Virus record (IMG/VR): IMGVR_UViG_3300020442_001526
Coordinates: 1 to 62,449 of that record
DNA: 62,449 bases
DNA from: a virus
Lineage: Duplodnaviria; Caudoviricetes
Direction: 5' to 3' (one strand)
In this document: positions 9,600 to 18,050 of the stretch, piece by piece
Position numbering within the stretch: the first letter of the stretch is position 1
Layout: the number at the start of each line of letters is the position of its first letter
Translations under genes and position numbers: made by a program
The notes under the pieces: model-generated
The model's input: the letters and a program-made list of their open reading frames with translations, nothing else
What the model was told of the DNA's origin: nothing
The model's database searches: none

Positions 9600-10086
9600 A
9601 TTTCTTTTTTTCTAAAGTTTTATTTAAATAAATTACTTCTGCTAAAGGTGTAACTGCTTTATGAATAGCATAAAATACAGTTGCAAACACCATTGTACTA
9701 CCTAATAGTCTAATATCAAATAGCAATGCTTCTGGTGATAATGGTGGGAAAGGCCCTGGAATGTTCACAATTAAGTGCCATAAAACAACACTTAATACAG
9801 AAGTTCCCATTAGTGTTGAGTACTGACCCTTATTTAAAACCCGGGAGATGACGCCTATAAGGCCCATTGTTCCGTAGGTTAGCCACATTGTGCTGTAAAA
9901 ACCCAAGAATATGTCTGTAATAAACATTAAACTTACAGGCAAAAACATTTGCAAATTCTTATTAGAAGTCATGTACGGCAAAAAAACTGCCATAGCAATA
10001 ACAGGAGTTATGTTTGCTGGTAATATAAATCTAGATAATAAAATACAGCCTAATAATAATCCTGCACTCTTGAAGAAATCTTTCAT
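9583..10086 (-). CDS. multi-pass membrane protein, DUF6580/BtuM-like ECF S-component
   Basis: SR..P.NITPV.AMA.F, LMFITD.FLGFY; about 5 hydrophobic helices. Confidence 0.55.
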   Translation of the reverse strand: MKDFFKSAGLLLGCILLSRFILPANITPVIAMAVFLPYMTSNKNLQMFLPVSLMFITDIFLGFYSTMWLTYGTMGLIGVISRVLNKGQYSTLMGTSVLSVVLWHLIVNIPGPFPPLSPEALLFDIRLLGSTMVFATVFYAIHKAVTPLAEVIYLNKTLEKKKYVSRY

Positions 10087-10091
10087 ACAAC

Positions 10092-10099
10092 TATTTATC
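10092..10099 (-). promoter_or_regulatory. late promoter GATAAATA, ATG 5 nt downstream
   Basis: GATAAATA-GTTGT-ATG. Confidence 0.7.
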
Positions 10100-10106
10100 G
10101 GAAAAT

Positions 10107-10385
10107 TTATGCACTGGATCTACAATATGAATCTATTAATGCGTCACCTTTTAGTTCTTCTCCAAAGGTGTGTACATGCTTTCCATTTCTTTGACGTATA
10201 ATTACGCCACTGTTATAAGTTGTGTCTGTGACTGGGCCGTTTACTTCTATTTCTTTTTTGGTAAAGTCTGTTTCGTACCACATAGATGTTAAACTATGAA
10301 TTTGTATACAAGCAACACCTTTTGCCCATTCTTCTGCTTCTAGTAATAGTCTTTGTCTTTCGACTCTATCGTCGTATTGTCCCAT
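10107..10385 (-). CDS. hypothetical protein (MGQYDDRVERQR...)
   Basis: Longer ORF call overlaps tRNA-Thr; ATG 10385 lies 7 nt after a consensus -10 box. Confidence 0.7.
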   Translation of the reverse strand: MGQYDDRVERQRLLLEAEEWAKGVACIQIHSLTSMWYETDFTKKEIEVNGPVTDTTYNSGVIIRQRNGKHVHTFGEELKGDALIDSYCRSSA

Positions 10386-10392
10386 AATGTTT

Positions 10393-10421
10393 ATTATAAT
10401 GAAATTAATAGTCTTTGTCAA
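10393..10421 (-). promoter_or_regulatory. sigma70-type promoter TTGACA-N17-TATAAT
   Basis: Perfect consensus and spacing. Confidence 0.85.
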
Positions 10422-10424
10422 GAA

Positions 10425-10500
10425 TGGAGCCACCTGTCAGATTCGAACTGACGACCTATGGTTTACAAAACCATTGCTCTACCAACTGAGCTAAGGTGGC
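10425..10500 (-). tRNA. tRNA-Thr (TGT)
   Basis: 76-nt cloverleaf GCCACCTTAGCTCAGTTGGTAGAGC...TGT...GTTCGAATC...CCA. Confidence 0.97.
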
Positions 10501-10529
10501 AAATTCTAATACTATTTATTTAAAAAAAC

Positions 10530-10604
<75 letters not shown>

Positions 10605-10610
10605 AAAACT

Positions 10611-10940
10611 TGGCGGGATGGTTTGCAGTTTACACTCATGTCGAGTAATAAATTGTGGACTTGGTGTTGTTTCGCAAACCTGTCCCAGCCCGAGCCTTTT
10701 TTCAGGCCCCTATTCTTTCTACACAAATCGTTTTATAGACGTCGATTAGTCGTCTTGCAAAGTTATGTTATAAGTATTAAAGTGCAGTAAACACCGGCGC
10801 ACCGCGGGAAAAGTTGCACTATTAGTTAATAAGGTACACTTAAGGACTTTACTGGGCACGGTTCAAACTACTCTGTATCGTGGTGTATTTTATTACACTA
10901 TCCCACCTAATATACGAAATACCACTCGTTTATTAACTAT
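10611..10940 (-). ncRNA. unassigned multi-domain structured RNA(s) at the head of the tRNA operon
   Basis: No long ORF; own sigma70 promoter; several stems, an H-type pseudoknot and a final 76-nt CCA-ended unit. Confidence 0.65.
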
Positions 10941-10946
10941 AAAACT

Positions 10947-10974
10947 ATTATACTGATTTTTAGATAAAAGTCAA
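10947..10974 (-). promoter_or_regulatory. sigma70-type promoter TTGACT-N16-TATAAT for the RNA/tRNA cluster
   Basis: Near-consensus; shares TTGACTTTTAT...TATAATAGTTTTAT with the primase promoter. Confidence 0.75.
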
Positions 10975-11110
10975 CCGTTTTTGAAAAATATTTTTTGTGA
11001 TTTAAAACCTAGAGTATTGGGCTAAAACACTACAGCTCGTCTGAGCGAAGCGATGTTTTGCACCGCATTGCAAAAACATTTGCAGATGATAGCATATTTT
11101 TTTGGTTTTG

Positions 11111-11338
11111 TCAACCTTCTGCTTCTTTGAATTTTAAGGATACTAGATATTCTTCTAAATTTTCTACGTCTTTTTCTAATTTTTGTAATGCTTGTTTAGG
11201 ACTAATTCTTTCTATTCTAGCAATTTGTGTAGCAACAAAAATTAAATCATGTCTACCTAAATCAAACTTTTTTAGAATAAGTTGGATATCAGGCTGTTCT
11301 AAATGTGCTTCGTCTATAGATTTATTACTTCTACTCAT
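11111..11338 (-). CDS. hypothetical protein
   Basis: 75 aa, overlaps upstream stop. Confidence 0.65.
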   Translation of the reverse strand: MSRSNKSIDEAHLEQPDIQLILKKFDLGRHDLIFVATQIARIERISPKQALQKLEKDVENLEEYLVSLKFKEAEG

Positions 11339-12080
11339 TTACTATTACCGCTGTTTTTTGTACATGACCCGATATAGGATATTTTATTTCTACATTATGT
11401 AAGTATTCTTTTAACCACTCAACATTATATATCGTAACTAAGTGATTTACAGGCGTTTTACCGAATAAATGATCCAAAAGTAAATCATTATCTACAAAAT
11501 ATTTAAAATCATTTATATCACACATCAAAATATCCTTGTGACTTAAACATTTTTTATTGGGATAATCCAGTACACGTTTTTTTGTAAAATACTCTGCAGA
11601 GTCCTTGTCTACAAATGTTAATCCAATTTGTCCACCAGGCTTACATACACGTTTGATTTCTGCTAAGTCAAATACAAATTGTTCAAATGTTGTATGACTA
11701 TAAACACTATATGCTAAAACATAATCAAAGGTATTATCCTCAAAAGGAAATAATGTGTTTTCTGTTCCTGTAGGATTATACATGTGATTAAATGCATTGT
11801 GGTGAATCCAATTTGCGTCTGGAAAATTTTGTTTACCGTCTTCTAATGATTTTTTGTCTACATCTAAACAATAATAATCACTAGGTTTTATAGATGCTGA
11901 TACGCCATCTTTTAAAAAATTTCCATTATTGCCACCAATATCTAAAATCTTTTTATTTTCCCAAGTAGGATTTTTAAACATTACATTAAAAAAAGGTAGC
12001 CTTGGGTGTCTTGGAAAAAGACTAGACTGCTGAGACCATTCTACATCATTGTTCAATAAATCTTGAACTGAATCGTTCAT
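11331..12080 (-). CDS. class I SAM-dependent methyltransferase
   Basis: ILDIGG, LDVD, FDYVLAYSVYSH, RVCKPGG. Confidence 0.85.
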   Translation of the reverse strand: MNDSVQDLLNNDVEWSQQSSLFPRHPRLPFFNVMFKNPTWENKKILDIGGNNGNFLKDGVSASIKPSDYYCLDVDKKSLEDGKQNFPDANWIHHNAFNHMYNPTGTENTLFPFEDNTFDYVLAYSVYSHTTFEQFVFDLAEIKRVCKPGGQIGLTFVDKDSAEYFTKKRVLDYPNKKCLSHKDILMCDINDFKYFVDNDLLLDHLFGKTPVNHLVTIYNVEWLKEYLHNVEIKYPISGHVQKTAVIVNE

Positions 12081-13000
12081 TACAACTCTAATTTGGTATC
12101 GTCGGGTAGGCGTTCTTTAGTTGGTGGAGGTAAATCATCGCCTCCTGAATCTTTTTTGTTAATACTTTTAAATTGTCCTGCGCCTTTTGGATTATGACTT
12201 GACATATCCTCAAAAGGATTTATTGTTCCATTAACAAATTGTTCAAAAGGACTAGGTGTTGTGTGTACTCCAAGTTTTTTTAGAAACCAATCTATTTTAC
12301 TAGCATGGTGCATTCTTGCTTGTTGCATATTTGGATGATTAAAATCTTTTGGATCTTGTGGATTACCTTCCATATATTTTCTATTTGCAAAAGTTTCATC
12401 GTCATTACCACCAGTCATGTCTGCTCTATCATGTAGAATGTCAATATCTATCCTTTCAAAAATGCCATTCATTCTAGCAATTACACTTACCCATGTGTCG
12501 TTTTGTGCATTGATACTCCACGCATCACATAATACAAACCAATCTGCAGGAATTAGAGGAAAAATAGCAAATGGATGGTCATGATTATCTTGAGGTGCTA
12601 AACATTTAAATTGTCCATCATAACTTCTAACTACAGTATCCCATCCTTTTGTTTGCATAAGTGCATCATCATTCCATAGGAATAACCAAGACCCTGAACT
12701 AGCATGACATAATAAATTAACATAAACATTTAATTGTTCATATCCTAAAGGTCTGAATACTTTTGCTTTACAGGCACACCCATATGGTTTTACAAAATCC
12801 GATGCATCATTATTTACCCAGTCAATTGATTCCTGGTCGTCATCATCTACTCCTAGCATAATTTCTATTCTACTAGGATCGTCTGCATTTTTCAATAAAC
12901 TTTCGATACTTGCCTGTAGAGCACCGTTTGTTCTTCCCCTAGTTGGAAGAATAATACTAATTACACTTCCTTCAAAATTTTGTATTTTTGCATCTACCAT
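12080..13000 (-). CDS. GT-A/GT2 glycosyltransferase
   Basis: ISIILPTRGR, VDDDD, WNDDA. Confidence 0.8.
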   Translation of the reverse strand: MVDAKIQNFEGSVISIILPTRGRTNGALQASIESLLKNADDPSRIEIMLGVDDDDQESIDWVNNDASDFVKPYGCACKAKVFRPLGYEQLNVYVNLLCHASSGSWLFLWNDDALMQTKGWDTVVRSYDGQFKCLAPQDNHDHPFAIFPLIPADWFVLCDAWSINAQNDTWVSVIARMNGIFERIDIDILHDRADMTGGNDDETFANRKYMEGNPQDPKDFNHPNMQQARMHHASKIDWFLKKLGVHTTPSPFEQFVNGTINPFEDMSSHNPKGAGQFKSINKKDSGGDDLPPPTKERLPDDTKLEL

Positions 13001-13004
13001 CTTT

Positions 13005-13943
13005 TTATCCTGTAATAAGTTTTCTTATATTGCCTCTGAACGTATAATGTCCAACGTGGTTAAGTGCTGTACGTGGATCTAAATATACTTCACCGCCCAT
13101 GTTTTGCCATAGTCTACAAAACGTATAATCCTCTGAAAGATAACGTCTACTTTCAGGATCAATCATAGTGTCAAATAGTGCATACATGTGTTTTTCAAAT
13201 TTTTGGTCAACGTTAATATCGTTTGCATATTTTAGTTCAGGATGCTTATCAAACATTTCTTGAATAACTTCTTTTTTAATACACATAAATCCTGTGCCAG
13301 CATCTTTAAGTTTAATAAGGTTATCCCTGATTTGTATCTGAGGAGTTGCATTTCCTTTATCATCTTTTAAGAAATCAAAGTTTACAACATAATTAGAACT
13401 GTGACCTTCTATTGTTTGTGCTGTTTCGTCTTGATTATTTCTAGCCGCACCTACAATACTTTCCCAATTGATTGCTTTTTTAGGATATGCGCCTACTGTA
13501 ATAGGTCTGTCATATGCAACCATTCTTAATAAATCATTAGGATCAAATTCAATATCTGCATCAATAAAGAATAAATGTGTTGCTTCAGGATGTTCCATAA
13601 AGAAACTTACGAGTGTATTTCTGCCTCTTGTAATTAAACTTTCATTTGCTAATGTACTTACTGTAAACTGGATATCATACTTATTGCAAAGTATAGCAAG
13701 TCTCATCATGCTTCTAAAATATGGTTCGCCAATTTGTCCACCGTAACATGGTGTTGCAATAAAAATATGTTTGTCTCTTAATACCTGAATGGGTATTTCT
13801 ATTTTTGCGTCAAGTAACTTGAACAATACATCCTGGTCTTTATCAGGCTGTATGTTTTCATTTACTTTTGTCGTTTTTGATTGTTTATTTTGCTTCTTTG
13901 CACTTTTTTTAGCAGATGCTCTGCGTTCTTTTCTATTAGCCAT
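13005..13943 (-). CDS. GT-A fold glycosyltransferase-like protein
   Basis: IATPCYGG, FFIDADI, GTGFM, LSEDYTFC, HVG. Confidence 0.75.
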   Translation of the reverse strand: MANRKERRASAKKSAKKQNKQSKTTKVNENIQPDKDQDVLFKLLDAKIEIPIQVLRDKHIFIATPCYGGQIGEPYFRSMMRLAILCNKYDIQFTVSTLANESLITRGRNTLVSFFMEHPEATHLFFIDADIEFDPNDLLRMVAYDRPITVGAYPKKAINWESIVGAARNNQDETAQTIEGHSSNYVVNFDFLKDDKGNATPQIQIRDNLIKLKDAGTGFMCIKKEVIQEMFDKHPELKYANDINVDQKFEKHMYALFDTMIDPESRRYLSEDYTFCRLWQNMGGEVYLDPRTALNHVGHYTFRGNIRKLITG

Positions 13944-13971
13944 TTTGTATCCTGTATAAAACTAAAGTAAT

Positions 13972-14000
13972 ATGTTACAGTATTTAACCTGCAAAGTCAA
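13972..14000 (-). promoter_or_regulatory. sigma70-like promoter TTGACT-N17-TAACAT with an embedded late-like TTAAATA
   Basis: Directly upstream of the GT-GT-methyltransferase operon. Confidence 0.5.
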
Positions 14001-14037
14001 TACTTTTGATACAAAGTGGCTAATAAATTGTTGTTCT

Positions 14038-14208
14038 TTATCTAGTGTGCTCTGGTTTTTTAGATATGAATTGATTAAGTTTTTCTGCTTCGGATATGAC
14101 TTCTTCAGTAGAAGGCATGAATTCTGGCTTTCCTGCTTTAGCCTGCAGGATTAGTCTTGCTTCTTGTATCAATTCAAGTCTAATTTCATAAGGTGTTTTG
14201 TTTGACAC
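14038..14208 (-). CDS. small phage protein missed by the ORF track (56 aa, MSNKTPYEIRLELIQEA...)
   Basis: GTG start after AGGAG; late promoter at 14238-14245; KTPYEIRLEL...PSTEEVI.EA.KL..F pattern typical of T4-like phage hypotheticals. Confidence 0.8.
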   Translation of the reverse strand: MSNKTPYEIRLELIQEARLILQAKAGKPEFMPSTEEVISEAEKLNQFISKKPEHTR

Positions 14209-14245
14209 ATCGTCTCCTACTTCGTTTGTTACATCAATATTTATC

Positions 14246-14956
14246 TTATTTTATCAATTTACCATCGATGTATTTCTTATAAACAACGTTTATATCTGCT
14301 GTGTCTTCTACTGCCGCACTTAATATGACTCGGTCTGTGTCTCCGAGTTCGTTATATCCTCTGTGCATTATCATTGTGTTTTGAAATCCAGGAACAGATT
14401 GGTTTGTCCATCTACATAACATCTCTGTGTCCTTCATATCTGTTTGTGTAACAAATCCATGTTTTTCATTTTCTCTAGGATCTATATTTTTGAATCTTGG
14501 AAACGTGGCCCATTGTGCTTCTGATTTTTTAAAATCTCCATACACAGGAAAATTTAAAGCACATTGTCTAGTGTGAAATACAGGACCTTCGCAATGCCAT
14601 CTACTATTTGCTTTTGCAGGTGTTCTCAACATTAGTACACTTGTAAATTTTAAATTTAATGTATCTTGTAACCATTCTTTAATTAATTTTGTTAAATCAA
14701 AATTTGCTTCTTCGTACAAATTTACCTGTTTAAAATCACGTTTGTCTTGACTGCTATTTTCTTCTACCTTAATAAAACTTTGATACCAATTTGCTGTATT
14801 ACTTCTACTATTACCTGTAAGTCTATCAGAAGTTTTTACATCTGTTTTTGCAATCTCTCTTTCTTCTTCATCTATAAAATATTGTGTAACATCAAACGGA
14901 GGCATACTTAATTCTGGTACTTCAAAATAATATGGTAAATCAACTCTATCAGTCAT
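14246..14956 (-). CDS. cupin/2OG-Fe(II) oxygenase-like protein
   Basis: WHCEG, CALNF, H.G.N, R.ILS; paralog of next gene. Confidence 0.55.
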   Translation of the reverse strand: MTDRVDLPYYFEVPELSMPPFDVTQYFIDEEEREIAKTDVKTSDRLTGNSRSNTANWYQSFIKVEENSSQDKRDFKQVNLYEEANFDLTKLIKEWLQDTLNLKFTSVLMLRTPAKANSRWHCEGPVFHTRQCALNFPVYGDFKKSEAQWATFPRFKNIDPRENEKHGFVTQTDMKDTEMLCRWTNQSVPGFQNTMIMHRGYNELGDTDRVILSAAVEDTADINVVYKKYIDGKLIK

Positions 14957-15530
14957 TTAAAAGTTCTCCGTTCTCATACATTTCATAAACTTCCTCTATA
15001 GTTTTATTTATAGCGGCACTTACTACTATTCTATTTTGTTCAGTAAAATTAAATACTCTATGCCAATGCATGGTATTATATATTGTTGCTTTTGCAGGAG
15101 TCATTCTATGTTCTGCTAATACTTCTAAATTATCAGATTCCCACCATGCTCCTCTTGTATCATTTGTTAAAATATCTTCATCTCCCCTAGAGGCCCATTG
15201 TACATAGGAATTTTCATGGTCTCCTACTAGCATAAAATTCAAAGCACATTGTCTACCAAATAAATTTGGGCCTTCTGCATGCCACGGACTTGAACCATCT
15301 GGCTCTGTATTTAATAATGTAATTGCTCCAAATTTTAAATTTACCTTTTTATCTAAATGTTCTTTTACTAACTTGTACCATTCAGTAGGTACTGCTCTAT
15401 ATTGAAATGTTGTTCCGCCTTGACCTTTTCCAGTAGGCGACATAAAATCACTAGGGTGTTGCACATAAGGTATTTTAAAAATTTCTTTAGGTATTTCTAG
15501 AGATGGTAAATCAAAATAGTAAGGTATCAT
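14949..15530 (-). CDS. cupin/2OG-Fe(II) oxygenase-like protein
   Basis: WHAEG, CALNF, HRVFN, RIVVS; ATAAATA 5 nt before ATG. Confidence 0.55.
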   Translation of the reverse strand: MIPYYFDLPSLEIPKEIFKIPYVQHPSDFMSPTGKGQGGTTFQYRAVPTEWYKLVKEHLDKKVNLKFGAITLLNTEPDGSSPWHAEGPNLFGRQCALNFMLVGDHENSYVQWASRGDEDILTNDTRGAWWESDNLEVLAEHRMTPAKATIYNTMHWHRVFNFTEQNRIVVSAAINKTIEEVYEMYENGELLND

Positions 15531-15545
15531 ACTACTATTTATTAG

Positions 15546-15725
15546 TTATGAAAATGCTATTTGTAATAGTTTGAATGATAATAACATAAAACCAACACTA
15601 CAGAATTGTAGTACTGATGCTATTGCAATTATGCTTAAGGATCTATCAGCCCACCATTTGCCTTCTTTTTCATGCCACTCGGCTATTTGCTCTGGTGTTG
15701 CTTCTATGTAATTTTTTGTTGTCAT
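15546..15725 (-). CDS. small membrane protein (59 aa, MTTKNYIEATPEQIAEW...), missed by the ORF track
   Basis: Manual translation; abuts upstream stop; C-terminal hydrophobic helix. Confidence 0.65.
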   Translation of the reverse strand: MTTKNYIEATPEQIAEWHEKEGKWWADRSLSIIAIASVLQFCSVGFMLLSFKLLQIAFS

Positions 15726-15950
15726 TTAAACTTCTACAATTTCTATTTCGTCGTCACGCCATTTAGTATGTGATGTATGCCGATCCAATACCATTGTTAC
15801 TGTTGCTCTTACTTTTACATCTCTGCCAGTTTTAATAATAAAAGGTGTATTCCAATAATTTTCAGAAATAAAATCTTTTACTATTTCGCCTAGTCTTGGT
15901 TCATAATGTGCGTTACTTACATCTAAAATTGCTTTTTCTAGCCATGCCAT
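15726..15950 (-). CDS. hypothetical protein
   Basis: 74 aa, AGGA RBS. Confidence 0.65.
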   Translation of the reverse strand: MAWLEKAILDVSNAHYEPRLGEIVKDFISENYWNTPFIIKTGRDVKVRATVTMVLDRHTSHTKWRDDEIEIVEV

Positions 15951-15954
15951 ATTA

Positions 15955-16071
15955 TTATCCTGTAATACTTACAGTAGATATTACAAATATGCACACTAGA
16001 CAAATTATTTCAAATGAATCTTGAACGTCGGAGGTTTTTATGTTTTTTAGGTTAGTGTAAATTGTTTTCAT
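15955..16071 (-). CDS. 38-aa membrane peptide MKTIYTNLKN...EIICLVCIFVISTVSITG
   Basis: Manual translation; downstream of ATAAATA at 16132-16138. Confidence 0.5.
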   Translation of the reverse strand: MKTIYTNLKNIKTSDVQDSFEIICLVCIFVISTVSITG

Positions 16072-16174
16072 TGTGTGTTAATGATATATGTAAAATTTAT
16101 TACATATAATAACTACTGCTTATACAAAAGGTATTTATTCTATTATAACAAAAAGTTATTAAAGTGTGGTTTTT

Positions 16175-17194
16175 TTACAACGTTTTAGTTATGCTGATGT
16201 CGTTGAGGTTGTTGCAAAACTCGTAAGGACAACGAGTTTCTGTTTTAGGAATTTCCCAATTATCTAATTGCGTTATGTTTCCAAAGTTTCTAGCACCACA
16301 CCAACTGCTTATTACTTCGCCATTCATGTCTATGTTTAAACTGTCAAAACCCAATTCACATTTCATTCCTTTAAATTTATTTAAACCTTCATTGATAATT
16401 TGATGACTTTGAACATACTTTGCAGGAGCATCTTCATACATAAATTCTGTACTCCAAAATCTAGGATGTCTTTGCTCGTCGTCTGGATCGCTGTGTGTTC
16501 GATTTGGATTTGGTAATAATCCTGGTCGTTGCATAATTTTAATTTCTTCAGGAGTATAATTATAATAAGGTTGCTGTTGAAAATGGTTTGCTTCAGGGCC
16601 TAAGTATTTTTTGTACATGGTTTTAATTGTAATGTTAACATCATAAATACTTTGCATTTTACCATCTGTAAACATATTTCGTAAATTATCTGCAACTTTA
16701 CTTAACTCTTCTACACGACCTCCTATACCAGCAATATTAATATCTAATATTAAATTATCTTTTAGTACTTCCACAACATCATATAAATGTTGTTCTTCCA
16801 TTGTTAAAGGATGATATGTTATAACTACACCTGTAAGATAATCTCTGGCTTCTTTCCACCAGTCTACTGTTCTACTGCCATTGGTATAAATTGTAACACT
16901 AGAATTATACATTGCTATACGTTCTATAATTTTTTCAAAATCTGGAATAGTAGTAACTTCGCCACCAAGCAATTCCCAATGCATATATCTATGTTTGTCT
17001 TTATAATGTTTAGATATTTTGTCTACTACATTTAAATATTTGTCTGTAGACATCCAAGGTTTTGATCCATCATGTAAAATTGAAGGGCAATACTCACAAC
17101 TAAAATTACAGGTGTTTCCCATACTCCATTGAATTTGTACTGCTCTATCAGGATCTGTTGTTTGTGGGCCTTTTACCCAAAGTAGTTTAGGCAT
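16175..17194 (-). CDS. radical SAM protein with C-terminal twitch/SPASM-like Cys cluster
   Basis: CNFSCEYC, GGE, TNG, C-terminal C...WC...CPYEFC. Confidence 0.9.
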   Translation of the reverse strand: MPKLLWVKGPQTTDPDRAVQIQWSMGNTCNFSCEYCPSILHDGSKPWMSTDKYLNVVDKISKHYKDKHRYMHWELLGGEVTTIPDFEKIIERIAMYNSSVTIYTNGSRTVDWWKEARDYLTGVVITYHPLTMEEQHLYDVVEVLKDNLILDINIAGIGGRVEELSKVADNLRNMFTDGKMQSIYDVNITIKTMYKKYLGPEANHFQQQPYYNYTPEEIKIMQRPGLLPNPNRTHSDPDDEQRHPRFWSTEFMYEDAPAKYVQSHQIINEGLNKFKGMKCELGFDSLNIDMNGEVISSWCGARNFGNITQLDNWEIPKTETRCPYEFCNNLNDISITKTL

Positions 17195-17210
17195 AGTACA
17201 TGTATTTATC

Positions 17211-18050
17211 TTACTTTATTAAATACGGATATACCACTTCATTCCAAAATAATTTGTGAGATATACTACTTGGATGAAGGTCATTGTGTTGAAAAACATC
17301 GTTTGGTCTTAGACGAGTTTTTGCATAATCTATTATACTTTCTTCTGATAATAAATTAGGTTCTACATACCTTTGATACTTTTTTAAAATATATTTAAAA
17401 GGTGATTGTTTATTAAAATTGTCCCAGCCATGGAAAAACTTTAATGTTATATTATTTGCCTTAGAAAAATAAACCAAATGTTGCAATGCTTCAATTGAAA
17501 GAACTGGACTTTCATGTCCATTTTTTATATGAGGGAATTTTTCAAACCAAACATCATCATGTCTTGTATACCAGAAAGCATGGTCTACTGCTCTATATTT
17601 AGGATTACGTGAATCACCTTCTCCAAAATGTCTAAAAAGATTTGCTCTGTTGTCAGCAGTAATTTGAAAAATTATTGTGTCTATGTAATCTATATCATTT
17701 TCATAAAAATGAATAAGTTTTCTCACATTATCTATATTTGAATTTCCACCTGAACCTAATATGTGTATTTGGTATTCCTCTTTAGGTAACGTTTTTACTC
17801 CATTTAGAATATTCTCTGGTTTAAAATTTTCAGATTGTTCTTCGCCATATACTTCACATCTTGTTTTATACTGTTCCTCATAATGTTGCATTGATTGAGC
17901 AATCTCTCGAAATTCAACATGCGTAAAAGAATTGTTTCTTTTTTCTATTTTGTCTTTTGATCCTTGGGTGTATATCCATGGATTAGAAACATGTGCCCAA
18001 CTATCCGGAGCATGTGTAAAACTACAACCTGTAAATACAATTTTTTTCAT
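17211..18050 (-). CDS. SGNH/GDSL-like protein
   Basis: FTGCSFT, GGNSN, C-terminal DLHP. Confidence 0.55.
   Translation of the reverse strand: MKKIVFTGCSFTHAPDSWAHVSNPWIYTQGSKDKIEKRNNSFTHVEFREIAQSMQHYEEQYKTRCEVYGEEQSENFKPENILNGVKTLPKEEYQIHILGSGGNSNIDNVRKLIHFYENDIDYIDTIIFQITADNRANLFRHFGEGDSRNPKYRAVDHAFWYTRHDDVWFEKFPHIKNGHESPVLSIEALQHLVYFSKANNITLKFFHGWDNFNKQSPFKYILKKYQRYVEPNLLSEESIIDYAKTRLRPNDVFQHNDLHPSSISHKLFWNEVVYPYLIK

Noticed and set aside
10087-10106. Cobalamin riboswitch before the BtuM-like gene
   Set aside because: No leader space and no B12-box; the gene starts 5 nt after a late promoter
10611-10940. tmRNA, RNase P, SRP, Y RNA, SAM-V or wcaG identity for the structured region
   Set aside because: Only fragments resemble these (GGGGCC, AAAGTCC, GGCTGG, TTGAACCGT, two plus-strand TGGYG); T-loop, tag reading frame and other defining cores are not visible, so it is left unassigned
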